Assembly: GCA_965200155.1 (NCBI GenBank)
Contig: CBDATR010000013.1
Coordinates: forward strand, 1-54,316
Source of the DNA: Nitrosopumilaceae archaeon
Lineage (GTDB): Archaea; Thermoproteota; Nitrososphaeria; Nitrososphaerales; Nitrosopumilaceae
Direction: 5' to 3'
DNA length: 54,316 nt
The notes under the pieces are model-generated. The model worked only from the letters and a program-made list of their open reading frames with translations, had not been told where the DNA came from and did no database searches. Made by a program: the position numbers and the translations under genes. Positions 31,889 through 43,344 of this stretch are shown here, one piece after another. Position 1 is the stretch's first letter, and the number at the start of each line of letters is the position of its first letter.

Positions 31889-32791
31889 ATGCAACAAGCA
31901 CCAGGCAAGTCATTCAGAAAGGGAGTCACCATGGCCGAATTGTTCCAAATGTTCCCGGATGAAAAGACCGCCATGAAGTGGTTCGAAACTACTCTCTGGA
32001 AGGACGGTAGAAAATGCCCCCGATGCGGTTCCAGTATGACGTCCGAGTCCGCACATAGAACAATGCCGTACCGCTGTGTAGACTGTAAGCAGTTCTTTAG
32101 TGTTAAAATGGGGACCATAATGGAACGTTCTAAAATATCATACCAGTCTTGGGCGATAGCAACATACCTGTTTGCCACTAATCTAAAGGGTGTCAGTTCC
32201 ATGAAGCTGCACCGTGACTTGGGTATCACACAGAAATCAGCGTGGTTCCTTGTACATCGACTAAGAGAGTCATGGGGAACATTGGTCAGTGATAAGATGG
32301 AAGGGCCAGTGGAGATCGATGAGGTATACATTGGTGGCAAAGAGAAGAATAAGCACCATTCTAGAAAAGGCGCCACAGGTAAAACCGCGGTTGTAGGCAT
32401 CAAGGATAGAAAGACGGGAACCATTCTCGCCAAGCCTGTTTCCGAGACTACAGCGGCACGTCTCGGTCAATTTAATCAAGATAATGCCGAGGCGGATGCT
32501 GTCAAATACACGGATGACAACATGGCTTACAAATCGTTAAAACACCATGAGAGTGTGAAGCACAGTGTAGGTGAATATGTCAAAGAACAGGCTCACACGA
32601 ATAGAACCGGTTACAGTCGTTCTGGGCATTGTTGAAACGGGGGTATTACGGCATATTCCACCATGTTTCCGCGAAACACTTACACCGGTATGTTAACGAA
32701 TTCGCCGGGAGATTCAACATTAGAGTACTAGACACCATTTCAATGATGGAATCGATAACACGTTCCATGACTGGTCACAGGCTGACATATC
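31889..32791 (+). pseudogene. IS1595-family transposase, frameshifted and truncated
   Basis: Zn ribbon CPRC..CVDC, VEIDEVYIGG, YTDD, HTN/SFWALLKR and YVNEF motifs; frameshift at 32603-32614. Confidence 0.9.
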
Positions 32792-32883
32792 GTATGAGTT
32801 CACGTCTTCCGGAATCTTGTGCACAAATCACATTAACTGTCGCGATCAGTTGTGCGTAAATTTAGACACAGGTGAACTCATAC
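32792..32883 (+). mobile_element. 92-bp MITE joining truncated IS1595 and IS481
   Basis: Matches the consensus; no TSD, and both neighbours are clipped. Confidence 0.95.
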
Positions 32884-33947
32884 AAAGTAAGTCCGCTTAG
32901 GATCCGGCGTACAGTAGTTCAGATTGCACAAGCCAGATGGTAAAGAGAATAACAGAGGAATCAATAGTTAGACAGCGCAAAAGAGGCGTTGCCGCAACCA
33001 AAATAGCTCAAGACCTGAAACAAGACACGTACGAAGATTGTGAACCAGAGGACGGGAACGACTCGAGTAAAGATGGGTAGGCCCATGATACCAATCACCA
33101 CCACCCAGATACGAATGGTAACTGAAGCATACAGCAAGGATCCCGCCGGAGTAGTACGTATTGCAAAGAGGCTTAGACATAATACATATCGCGCAGTATA
33201 TCACATAATGAAAAAGAACGGCACGACAGTCTCATCACCTGCAAAGTCAGAGTGGGTACACTATGAGCGTAAATATTCCAATGCAATGTGGCACGTAGAC
33301 TGGCATGTCATGAAAAGATGAGCGCTTCGAGGGACTGAATCTCATAGATGATGCATCTAGGTGCATCGTCGGGGCGGCACTATTTGAGCATGCAACCTCA
33401 GAGAAGTATGAGTTCACGTCTTCCGGAATCTTGTGCACAAATCACATTAACTGTCGCGATCAGTTGTGCGTAAATTTAGACACAGGTGAACTCATACTCA
33501 GAGAACACCGTTCTATTACTGAGACTGGCAATGAAACGATTCGGCGCCCCTGCATCTCGGATAACGGCGCGTGTTTCGTAGGACAATAAAAGGGCAAAAA
33601 GAACTGGAAACCAACACTATTCAAGGAAGAACTGCTGGATCAAGACATCATACTAATCAATTCCAGACCATACCACCCGCAGACAAATAGCAAACTGGAG
33701 CGCTTCCATAGAACGATTGAGGACTAGGGGACTCTTATTTAAGAGTCCAACGAGATATGGCATTATGACAGTCTCCGGGATTATGTGGACTACTACAATG
33801 AGAGAAGATTGCACTTCTCACTGGATATAGATAACGACGAAACACCGCTTCAGGAATAAAAAGGCGACCCAGACAATTAGGGCAAATGATGCAAAATGGA
33901 CGGAGCGAGATGCCAATGACTAGCGGACCGACTTTTCATACATTACA
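32884..33947 (+). mobile_element. IS481-family remnant with a MITE at 33406-33497 (TSD TCAGAGAA)
   Basis: WHVDW, DDASR and GKLERF fragments; end ...CATACATTACA. Confidence 0.88.
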
Positions 33948-34002
33948 GGTTACTAGCACAACAGCAATACATAATATAAAAGGGAATACAAATTTCTATT
34001 GG

Positions 34003-34668
34003 ATGAAATACGCGATCGTGGGATTTATTCTTGTTTTGTCTTTTATCCCCGCATACGGCCAGGAAGAAGAGGACGATATTACATTCTGCTCGTTTACGGA
34101 GTTTGATCCTGAATGTAGTCCGTCCGGCTGGGTCCAGTTTCTACTGGGAGATGTAGTAATAGCCCTAACTCTGGGTTACCTGCTATACCGCCTGGGTAAT
34201 AATAACATAAAAACTCTGGAACTCACTACCAAAAAAATCGAGAAGAGCCAGAGGTACTTGGACAAAATCACGAAGGAAGAGGAGGAACACAAAAGAAAGA
34301 TAACCATATTCGCCACGCAATCAGTTAAGAACTACTTTGGTGTCATTCTCATAATCATAGGTCTCATGAACCGCGCCCTAACAAAGGGGACAACTAGGGA
34401 GAGCATACCGGCCAAGATATGGGAACAGGAAAAGGATCTGGGACGCACAATAAAACACCTGCGAGATACAATACAGATATTTGTAGGATACGGAGATCCC
34501 ATGATCATTGAACAGATACGACGACTCTTAGACGAGCTTGAGAAAATAGATCCCGCCAGTGGTATAGGCGAGGGATTTCCCAACTATACAAGTCTAAAAG
34601 AAACGATAAAGGACTTGTCCAAAAAGATGGATGAAAGTACAAGTCCAGATGATCTAGTCATAAAATAA
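34003..34668 (+). CDS. hypothetical membrane protein with signal peptide
   Basis: MKYAIVGFILVLSFIPAYG signal, TM segment, helical C-terminus; upstream ORF extension is IS481 sequence. Confidence 0.7.
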   Translation: MKYAIVGFILVLSFIPAYGQEEEDDITFCSFTEFDPECSPSGWVQFLLGDVVIALTLGYLLYRLGNNNIKTLELTTKKIEKSQRYLDKITKEEEEHKRKITIFATQSVKNYFGVILIIIGLMNRALTKGTTRESIPAKIWEQEKDLGRTIKHLRDTIQIFVGYGDPMIIEQIRRLLDELEKIDPASGIGEGFPNYTSLKETIKDLSKKMDESTSPDDLVIK

Positions 34669-34979
34669 TTACAAATACCACCCTGTTCTGTTGGTGAAAG
34701 TATAGCTATTATCATAAGTCTCTGCACAATCCCCGTCTTGCAACAGACTTGCAGAACATGCCATAGGTCAATTTGGACAATAAATGAACCCATACTTCCA
34801 CTACAGGGTATCAAGAAAACGATTATTCTATGCTTGTGACGACTTGAACGGTCTGTAGCCGCTTAGGTCGCCCAAGTAGTTTTCCACATATATCGCCAAG
34901 GCATAGACTAAATCCTGTTATTTTACTACACGACATTTGTATAACAAGGCAGTACGGCATACGTTAGGGCCGGCAGGAA

Positions 34980-35071
34980 GTATGAGTTCACGTCTTCCGG
35001 AATCTTATGCACAAATCACATTAACTGTCGCGATCAGTTATGCGTAAATTTAGACACAGGTGAACTCATAC
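34980..35071 (+). mobile_element. 92-bp MITE, TSD GGCAGGAA
   Basis: TIRs and 8-bp direct repeat. Confidence 0.95.
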
Positions 35072-35306
35072 GGCAGGAACCATTCCCTGCCGGTTTGCTT
35101 ATGCTTACTGGATTTTGTGTTATGAAAACACGCCCTAATTCAGGGTGACTTGGACGGTCACTTATGATCTCGCCCATAAGATTGTCATTCTATCCCGTAA
35201 CATCTTGACTTTTGGGTCTTCTGTCTGGCCTGTATCGACTTAAACAGTATGTTGTTGGCGTTAAGCTGAACCTTCACGCGATCGAAATAGTTACAACGAT
35301 CTACCA

Positions 35307-36363
35307 TTTAATAGTACGAAAAGTAAGTCCGCTTAGGATCCGGCGTACAGTAGTTCAGATTGCACAAGCCAGATGGTAAAGAGAATAACAGAGGAATCAA
35401 GACAGTACATCATAAGACAGCGCAAAAGAGGCGTTGCCGCAACCAAAATAGCTCAAGACCTGAAACAAGACACGTACGAAGATTGTGAACCAGAGGACGG
35501 GAACGACTCGAGTAAAGATGGGTAGGCCCATGATACCAATCACCACCACCCAGATACGAATGGTAACTGAAGCATACAGCAAGGATCCCGCCGGAGTAGT
35601 ACGTATTGCAAAGAGGCTTAGACATAATACATATCGCGCAGTATATCACATAATGAAAAAGAACGGCACGACAGTCTCATCACCTGCAAAGTCAGAGTGG
35701 GTACACTATGAGCGTAAATATTCCAATGCAATGTGGCACGTAGACTGGCATGTCATGAAAAGATGAGCGCTTCGAGGGACTGAATCTCATAGATGATGCA
35801 TCTAGGTGCATCGTCGGGGCGGCACTATTTGAGCATGCAACCTCAGAGAACGCCGTTCTATTACTGAGACTGGCAATGAAACGATTCGGCGCCTCACATA
35901 TGATACAATACCGTCTATGTCGAAATCCTACTATTACTGAGACTGGCAATGAAACGATTCGGCGCCCCTGCATCTCGGATAACGGCGCGTGTTTCGTAGG
36001 ACAATAAAAGTGCAAGAAAAGCCGGAAACCCACACTATTCGAGGAAGAACTGCTGGATCAAGACATCATACTAATCAATTCCAGACCATACCACCCGCAG
36101 ACAAATGGCAAACTGGAGCGCTTCCATGGAATGATTGAGGACAAGGGGACTCTTATTTAAGAGTCCAACGAGATATGGCATTATGACAGTCTCCGGGATT
36201 ATTTAGACTGCTACAATGAGAGAAGATTGCACTTCTCACTGGATAGATAACGGCGAAACGCCGCTTCAGGAATAAAAAGGCGACCCAGACAATTAGGGCA
36301 AATGATGCAAAATGGATGGAGCGGGATGCCAATGACTAGCGGACCGACTTTTCATACATTACA
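35307..36363 (+). mobile_element. IS481-family non-autonomous copy with ~14-bp TSD ACAACGATCTACCA
   Basis: Imperfect TIRs ending ACA; direct repeat at 35293-35306 and 36364-36377. Confidence 0.88.
35858..35966. repeat. 36-bp exact duplication flanking a 37-bp foreign insert (repeat-spacer-repeat)
   Basis: CTATTACTGAGACTGGCAATGAAACGATTCGGCGCC at 35858-35893 and 35931-35966; single copy in the three sister elements. Confidence 0.9.
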
Positions 36364-36414
36364 ACAACGATCTACCATAAAAACACAAATATCCGATAAT
36401 GCTGTACGATTACC

Positions 36415-37890
36415 ATGAGCCAGCGACGCAGTAGCAGGGTGTCCATACGAACAACTTTGGAACCCATGTACAGGTCAGTAGATCTTCAGGGTCGCGTTAT
36501 AGATTGCAACTACAAATATGCTCGTATGCTAGGTTACATAAAAGACGAGATAATAGGTATGTCCATATTTGATCATACGCCAAAGGATCAGCATCATGTC
36601 CTTACGGGCATATTCGAGCGCTGGAAGGCCCATAAACCAATAAACAACCGCAGGTTTCCGCTAATAACAAAGGCTGGTGTACCCTTTGATGTATTGGTTA
36701 CCGTCGAGGGTGTCTTTGGTGATGATGGTAAGGTTGTCCGGAGTAATACAACCCTGCTGGATTTTGAGGAGGTCCACCAACTACAGAATCTAATCAAACT
36801 AAGCAAGTATGAGAGCCTGTATGAGAATTCTCCGGACATGTACTTCACGGTAAATGTGGAAGGTGTGATCGTGGACTGTAATCGGGCATATGAGGAGAAG
36901 ATGGGATATACCAAATCGGAAATTATTGGAAGGAATTTTGCGGATCATGTATCTGACAGGAGCGTATCGCAGATACTGATTAATCTGGCACAATGGAGAG
37001 TCAATGGCGTATGTAAGAGTGTGGATGTGTGGGTTAGAGCACAGGATGATACCGAATTCCCCGTACGAGTGACCCCTACAAATCTGCATGCAGAGGATGG
37101 AGCACTGCTGGGTCGCAATGTCGTAATTCAGGATCTTACAGAGATACAAAAAACACAAGATCAGCTCAAGGAACGAAAGGAGATAGAACAAATGAAGGAC
37201 GAATTCCTAACCGGAATCACGCATGAGCTCAAGACTCCACTGACTCCCATAATTGGATTTGCGCAGGCATTGAGCAAGCAGGGCATGCTTGGCGACCTTA
37301 ACAAAAAGCAGGAGGAAGCGGTCCGTATAATAGTGAATAATGCCGTCCACTTGCGCAAACTGGTGATGGATTTGCTGGATATACACAAACTGGAGTTGGG
37401 GAAAATGAAATTCGACATCAAGGAGTTTGATCTTGAAAAGATGATGGCAGACTTTATGTCATCTATGGACTATACGTATAAGGAAAAGAGGGTGGAGTTG
37501 ACACTGGACATGAAATGCAAAGGCAAGGTAATAGGAGACTCGTACCGCATATCAGAGATATTGTTGAATTTGACATACAATGCACTGGACTTTGTTCCCC
37601 CAAAGACTGGCAAGGTACACATAGTTGTATCAAAAGATGACAAGTATTTGCACTTTTCTGTGACTGATAACGGGGTGGGTATTCCCAAAGACAAGCAGTC
37701 TCAGCTATTCAACAAGTTTTATCAAGTATCCACTACAGTAACCCGTATGCACGGCGGAACCGGCTTGGGCCTCTCCATATGCAAAGGTTTAGTAGATGGA
37801 ATGGGTGGCTCAATAAGGGTGGATAGTACTGTGGGCGTAGGTAGCAAATTCTATTTCTCCATATTACAGAAGGAGGTAGTGGCTCCATGA
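36415..37890 (+). CDS. PAS-PAS sensor histidine kinase
   Basis: Two PAS repeats, HELKTPL H-box, N, DNGVG and GGTGLGL boxes. Confidence 0.93.
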   Translation: MSQRRSSRVSIRTTLEPMYRSVDLQGRVIDCNYKYARMLGYIKDEIIGMSIFDHTPKDQHHVLTGIFERWKAHKPINNRRFPLITKAGVPFDVLVTVEGVFGDDGKVVRSNTTLLDFEEVHQLQNLIKLSKYESLYENSPDMYFTVNVEGVIVDCNRAYEEKMGYTKSEIIGRNFADHVSDRSVSQILINLAQWRVNGVCKSVDVWVRAQDDTEFPVRVTPTNLHAEDGALLGRNVVIQDLTEIQKTQDQLKERKEIEQMKDEFLTGITHELKTPLTPIIGFAQALSKQGMLGDLNKKQEEAVRIIVNNAVHLRKLVMDLLDIHKLELGKMKFDIKEFDLEKMMADFMSSMDYTYKEKRVELTLDMKCKGKVIGDSYRISEILLNLTYNALDFVPPKTGKVHIVVSKDDKYLHFSVTDNGVGIPKDKQSQLFNKFYQVSTTVTRMHGGTGLGLSICKGLVDGMGGSIRVDSTVGVGSKFYFSILQKEVVAP

Positions 37891-38258
37891 AGCTTCTCGG
37901 TGTGGACGACAACCCGGATATACTCAAGTTTGTACAGATGACCGTAGAGATGATGGGTCACGAGTTTAATAGTGCAGGCGGAGGGAAAGAGGGACTGGAG
38001 AAGATACGCACCAGAGAGTATGACATGGTATTCCTGGACTTGTCTATGCCTGACTTTTCTGGACTAGATGTCATAGATGCACTGGAGAAGGACGGAATAC
38101 TTAGGGAGTGTAATATAATACTGTTCACGGCGTCATACCTTGGCGTATCCGATTTGGAGAAGAGTCTTTCAGAAAGAGGAGTTCTGGATGTTCTTACAAA
38201 ACCCGCAGACATTGATCAGATAATGGAAAAGATACAGCAGGTAGAGGATAAACTCTAG
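37887..38258 (+). CDS. single-domain response regulator (receiver)
   Basis: VDD, FLDLSMP, TA and KP motifs. Confidence 0.92.
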   Translation: MKLLGVDDNPDILKFVQMTVEMMGHEFNSAGGGKEGLEKIRTREYDMVFLDLSMPDFSGLDVIDALEKDGILRECNIILFTASYLGVSDLEKSLSERGVLDVLTKPADIDQIMEKIQQVEDKL

Positions 38259-38303
38259 TGACCGTAACTGGCCCCAAACAAATCATGTGATAATCTTTTG
38301 ATT

Positions 38304-38386
38304 GTATGAGTTCACCCGTGTCTAAATTTACACATGATTGATCGTGACAGTTAGTACACGAGATTCAAGAAGGCGTGAACTCATAC
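38304..38386 (-). mobile_element. diverged MITE (83 bp), TSD TTTTGATT
   Basis: TIRs and 8-bp direct repeat. Confidence 0.9.
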
Positions 38387-38610
38387 TTTTGATTCATGAC
38401 GAGTCTCCCTGCATGATCTTGGCATAATCCAAGAGATACTAATCTTGTGTCATCATAACACGGAAACGCATGATCAGATTGGCGGATGCCATTCCGGTAC
38501 ACCACAAGCTTGATGTCTGTACCTGCTCAACTACGACAGACGTAGTCGTAAATGGGATCCGCCAACCCGATAAAAAAAAGTTATTAAGAATACCAAGATA
38601 TTACATGATA

Positions 38611-38919
38611 ATGACAATAGTAGCGGCCGGTCCCAAGGACAAGTTCCCCCCAGGCAGCATGACCAAGGTTGATGTCGATGGCCTGGATGTGCTTTTGGTG
38701 AACAAGGATGGAGAGTATTATGCAGTGGATGATACCTGCACCCATGCTGGCGCCAGCTTGGCCGAGGGTCGCCTGGACGGATGTAATCTAGTGTGTGGCT
38801 GGCACGGGGCGGAATTTGACTGTACCAGTGGCAAACTGGTAAAGTTTCCTGCCAAGATACGAGATCTTGGGACGTATACAGTCTCCACTGATGATGATAT
38901 CATATACATCGAGAAGTAA
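38611..38919 (+). CDS. Rieske [2Fe-2S] ferredoxin
   Basis: CTH...CGWHG motifs; start 38605 or 38611. Confidence 0.9.
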   Translation: MTIVAAGPKDKFPPGSMTKVDVDGLDVLLVNKDGEYYAVDDTCTHAGASLAEGRLDGCNLVCGWHGAEFDCTSGKLVKFPAKIRDLGTYTVSTDDDIIYIEK

Positions 38920-39201
38920 CAGATTACCCAATGTAATATTTTAGATTAATAGTGGCTGGCTGTACTTGACAGACCCCAATCATCGTGTAAACCAGACGTA
39001 ATTCGCATCAGACATACGAATACTGGAGTCCGCCATGAGAGCCACCAAAGAAAATCACGAATTCGCCTGTATCTAGTACGACGTATAGTGGTTGGGGAAG
39101 GCGTGAGCTCGTACGATTCACATGTTATAGAAAAACTGTCGAGTGAATCAATATGCCAAAACTGTAATGCATACACTCTCATATATCATTTCAGTCACAG
39201 A

Positions 39202-40266
39202 ATGATTATGTGCAGGGAAGCCATACTGTACGAAAAAATCCAGGACGGCGGGGTGCGCTGTACTGCCTGTGCCAGGTACTGCGTATTGGCTCCCAGTCAA
39301 GTGGGGTTGTGCGGCATCCGGGAGAATATAGCAGGCAAGCTGAACTTGGCAGTATATGGACGGGTCATAGCCGGTCATGTAGATCCCATAGAGAAGAAAC
39401 CAGTCACCCACTATATGCCCGGCTCCAAGATATACTCCATAGCCACCACCGGATGTAACTGGCTTTGCCGGTATTGCCAGAATCACGATATCAGCCAGAG
39501 AAGAAAGGTGGAAGGGGCAGTCATGTCCCCCCAAGAGGTAGCCCAAGCGGCTATACGGAATGGCGCCGATGGTATAGCCTACACATATAACGAACCATCC
39601 ATATTCATTGAGTTTGCCCGGGACTGCGGATTAGCAGCCAGAAAGATGGGACTATTCAATGTCTTTGTGTCCAATGGTTATGATACCCCCCAGTCGGTGG
39701 GAATGATGGGAGAGTTTCTTGATTCCATTACCATAGACTTTAAGGGTAACGCCGAGCCGGAATTTGCAAGAAAGTATGTGGGTATTCCGGATCCACAACC
39801 CATATTCGATACAATTCTGGATATTCACAGCAGGACAAAAATCCACATCGAGATAACAAATCTGGTAATACCCACAGTGGGAGATAGCCTGGAGTATGCT
39901 CGTCGACTGTGTGTTTTTGTGCACGACAATCTGGGTCCTGACACACCCATTCACTTTCTGCGCTTTCACCCGGACTACAAAATGACTGATTTCGGTTATA
40001 CGCCTGTACGTACACTGGAACAGCATCATCAGATAGCAACAGAGACCGGACTCAGATATGCATATGTGGGCAACGTTCCCGGTCACCCATACGAGCACAC
40101 GTACTGCCCCGGGTGTGGCAATATTGTAGTTGGTCGGTATGGCTTTGACATAGAATCATGGAATCTGGACAAGGCAAACCGTTGCATAAAATGTGGCTAC
40201 CACATACACATGATCGGTAACCTCTCACCCAACCGTACCAGGAACCGCTTTCATATGGTTCAATGA
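39202..40266 (+). CDS. amrS: AmmeMemoRadiSam radical SAM enzyme
   Basis: CxxCxxxC, DPIEKKP, GCNWLCRYCQN, YTYNEP, RFHPDY and YVGNVPG motifs. Confidence 0.88.
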   Translation: MIMCREAILYEKIQDGGVRCTACARYCVLAPSQVGLCGIRENIAGKLNLAVYGRVIAGHVDPIEKKPVTHYMPGSKIYSIATTGCNWLCRYCQNHDISQRRKVEGAVMSPQEVAQAAIRNGADGIAYTYNEPSIFIEFARDCGLAARKMGLFNVFVSNGYDTPQSVGMMGEFLDSITIDFKGNAEPEFARKYVGIPDPQPIFDTILDIHSRTKIHIEITNLVIPTVGDSLEYARRLCVFVHDNLGPDTPIHFLRFHPDYKMTDFGYTPVRTLEQHHQIATETGLRYAYVGNVPGHPYEHTYCPGCGNIVVGRYGFDIESWNLDKANRCIKCGYHIHMIGNLSPNRTRNRFHMVQ

Positions 40267-40295
40267 TACAAAACCGGCTTTTGTGTGTGCGCTAA

Positions 40296-40532
40296 TTATT
40301 GTGGACTCAGGAGTATCTTTGGTTTATTGGGCGTATCATGATGACATTTTTTCCCACATACAGGACATCGTTTGCGATCCAGCGCCACACACTGGCATAT
40401 ATGAGACTCCATATATGATTCTGCAACCTTTGTGTATTCACCGGTACCATTGCAAAAATTACACTGAAGCTGTAGTAGTTTTATCGTTCCTGTGCCCTTA
40501 CACACTGCACATACCTTTGACATACATGACAA
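40296..40532 (-). CDS. small Zn-finger protein (CxxCxGxG repeats)
   Basis: CAVCKGTG, CNFCNGTG and CPVCGKKCHH motifs. Confidence 0.7.
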   Translation of the reverse strand: MSCMSKVCAVCKGTGTIKLLQLQCNFCNGTGEYTKVAESYMESHICQCVALDRKRCPVCGKKCHHDTPNKPKILLSPQ

Positions 40533-40894
40533 TGGTAACGGATGAATAAAGACTTGACGGTTTGTTTCATGATATCAAACACTTCCTTGTGACAAGTATT
40601 GTTTGGGAGGTCGTACCACGGACACAAATTGCTACTCCGCGGCAGGATTGATTATAATGCGGACTCAGGTGATCTCATCTGGCATGAGCTCGCCGATGTC
40701 TAAATTTATCCACGACTGATCTCAAATTTATGCACAAGATCAAGACGCGAACTCGCACCGTCGGGAAGTGTACCTACATGTGAAAGTGGGTACAAGATAC
40801 CACTACATATATTCGAATGGTGACGGAGGTATGCAGGCGTGGTACATATTGCACGTGCTGATTCATCATACGTGAATTTAGTAGTAGAGGAACT

Positions 40895-41984
40895 GTATGA
40901 GTTCACCTGTGTCTAAATTTACGCATAACTGATCGCGACAGTTAATGTGATTTGTGCATAAGATTCCGGAATGTAATGTATGAAAAGTCGGTCCGCTAGT
41001 CATTGGCATCCCGCTCCATCCATTTTGCATCATTTGCCCTAATTGTCTGGGTCGCCTTTTTATTCCTGAAGCGGCGTTTCGCCGTTATCTATCCAGTGAG
41101 AAGTGCAATCTTCTCTCATTGTAGCAGTCTAAATAATCCCGGAGACTGTCATAATGCCATATCTCGTTGGACTCTTAAATAAGAGTCCCCTCGTCCTCAA
41201 TCATTCCATGGAAGCGCTCCAGTTTGCCATTTGTCTGCGGGTGGTATGGTCTGGAATTGATTAGTATGATGTCTTGATCCAGCAGTTCTTCCTCGAATAG
41301 TGTGGGTTTCCGGCTTTTCTTGCACTTTTATTGTCCTACGAAACACGCGCCGTTATCCGAGATGCAGGGGCGCCGAATCGTTTCATTGCCAGTCTCAGTA
41401 ATAGAACGGCGTTCTCTGAGGTTGCATGCTCAAATAGTGCCGCCCCGACGATGCACCTAGATGCATCATCTATGAGATTCAGTCCCTCGAAGCGCTCATC
41501 TTTTCATGACATGCCAGTCTACGTGCCACATTGCATTGGAATATTTACGCTCATAGTGTACCCACTCTGACTTTGCAGGTGATGAGACTGTCGTGCCGTT
41601 CTTTTTCATTATGTGATATACTGCGCGATATGTATTATGTCTAAGCCTCTTTGCAATACGTACTACTCCGGCGGGATCCTTGCTGTATGCTTCAGTTACC
41701 ATTCGTATCTGGGTGGTGGTGATTGGTATCATGGGCCTACCCATCTTTACTCGAGTCGTTCCCGTCCTCTGGTTCACAATCTTCGTACGTGTCTTGTTTC
41801 AGGTCTTGAGCTATTTTGGTTGCGGCAACGCCTCTTTTGCGCTGTCTTATGATGTACTGTCTTGATTCCTCTGTTATTCTCTTTACCATCTGGCTTGTGC
41901 AATCTGAACTACTGTACGCCGGATCCTAAGCGGACTTACTTTTCGTACTATTGACATAAGATTCCGGAAGACGTGAACTCATAC
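40895..41984 (-). mobile_element. MITE (TSD GAGGAACT) interrupted by an IS481 copy (40972-41956, 13-bp TSD TAAGATTCCGGAA)
   Basis: Both TSDs are visible; IS ends TGT...ACA. Confidence 0.92.
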
Positions 41985-42049
41985 GAGGAACTAGTACGAG
42001 TTGCGGGTTATGCTAGGGAGTACCCGGCCATATGTTCACATCTGAAAAG

Positions 42050-42830
42050 GTGGTGTCCGCCAGTGTGACATCTATCGTATCCCCAGCGGTGGTTGGATCC
42101 CAGCATCACAGAGACCATGACGCCGGACTCTTGAGTTCCCGCAAACCTCCATACTCGCGTAAATTTCCCCACGCCTAGTAGCATCAGACCCCGTCATCAA
42201 CTATCACCACTACTGTAACAGGAGATGCGGGGTTCGTAATGTCGACTATCTGTACCTCATCATTGTGAATAGAGGATACTAGCGCATATGTCCTCTCAAA
42301 TATCTCGGATACGACAATCTACTACCCCCTCACTATCTATAAAACCGGAATCAGGTACGGCCTCAACCGGTGATGCGGGGTTCGTAATGTCGACTATCTG
42401 GATACCGTGTTTGGTAACTATCAGCGCATATGTCCTGTAACCTATCTCTGCTATGTCTATGCCCCTGGCCAGCTCCGTAAACCCACTGCCCCATCAGTAA
42501 TTACAGCAGTTGTAGTTGGATTAGTAGGAACAGTGATAACAATGATCTGGACACCGTCACCGCCCAGGGCCACAACTAGCGCATATGTCCTGCCATCTAT
42601 CTCAGATACCGCTACGCTGTTTGCACCGTCCAGCTCCGTAAACCCATTTTCATCATCAGTTACTGCCACCGGTGATCCAGGATCAGTGATGTCGATTATT
42701 TGTACACCGTTATCTGCCGAGGCCACAACTAGCGCATATGTCCTGCCATCTATCTCAGATATTGTCGTATCGCTAACCCCATCTAGGTTCGTATAGCAGT
42801 ACACATCCCGGATTATCTCCGCCATTGCAG
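42050..42830 (-). pseudogene. decayed LVIVD-like beta-propeller repeat surface protein
   Basis: Repeated IDGRTYALV..DNGVQIIDITDP units broken by frameshifts. Confidence 0.7.
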
Positions 42831-42884
42831 GAGGGAATATGATATCAATTATTCATGCATTATAATGTTCTATGTATTGTAAAT

Positions 42885-42976
42885 GCGTGAGTTCACCTGT
42901 GTCTAAATTTACGCATAACTGAACGCGACAGTTAATGTGATTTGTGCATAAGATTCCGGAAGACGTGAACTCATAC
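42885..42976 (-). mobile_element. 92-bp MITE, TSD TTGTAAAT
   Basis: TIRs (one mutated) and direct repeat. Confidence 0.93.
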
Positions 42977-43245
42977 TTGTAAATAATTACCGAATATATC
43001 GTAGCCGGTGTCCAAGGGCACCCTAGGTAGTGATACGTGACCCAAGGTGTAGAGCTTGCTAATGAGAGATATTGGTACCTCTGCCGCAACCGCACCGTTG
43101 ATATCCATTGTCTGGTTCGCAACACACTTGGGCGAAATGGAACCAAGCAGGCCACCAGGTGGCCAACTCCAGTAGGGGTCAGGAGTCAGCCTAGCAGTAA
43201 TGAGTGTTGGTTCAATATCGTACTTGTCAAGGAATCTCAATATTG

Positions 43246-43344
43246 GTATGAGTTCACGTCTTCCGGAATCTTGTGCACAAATCACATTAACTGGTAACCG
43301 GTTCTATCAGTTGTGCGTAAATTTAGACACAGGTGAACTCACAC
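43246..43344 (+). mobile_element. MITE (99-bp scarred variant)
   Basis: TCGCG replaced by GTAACCGGTTCT. Confidence 0.93.
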
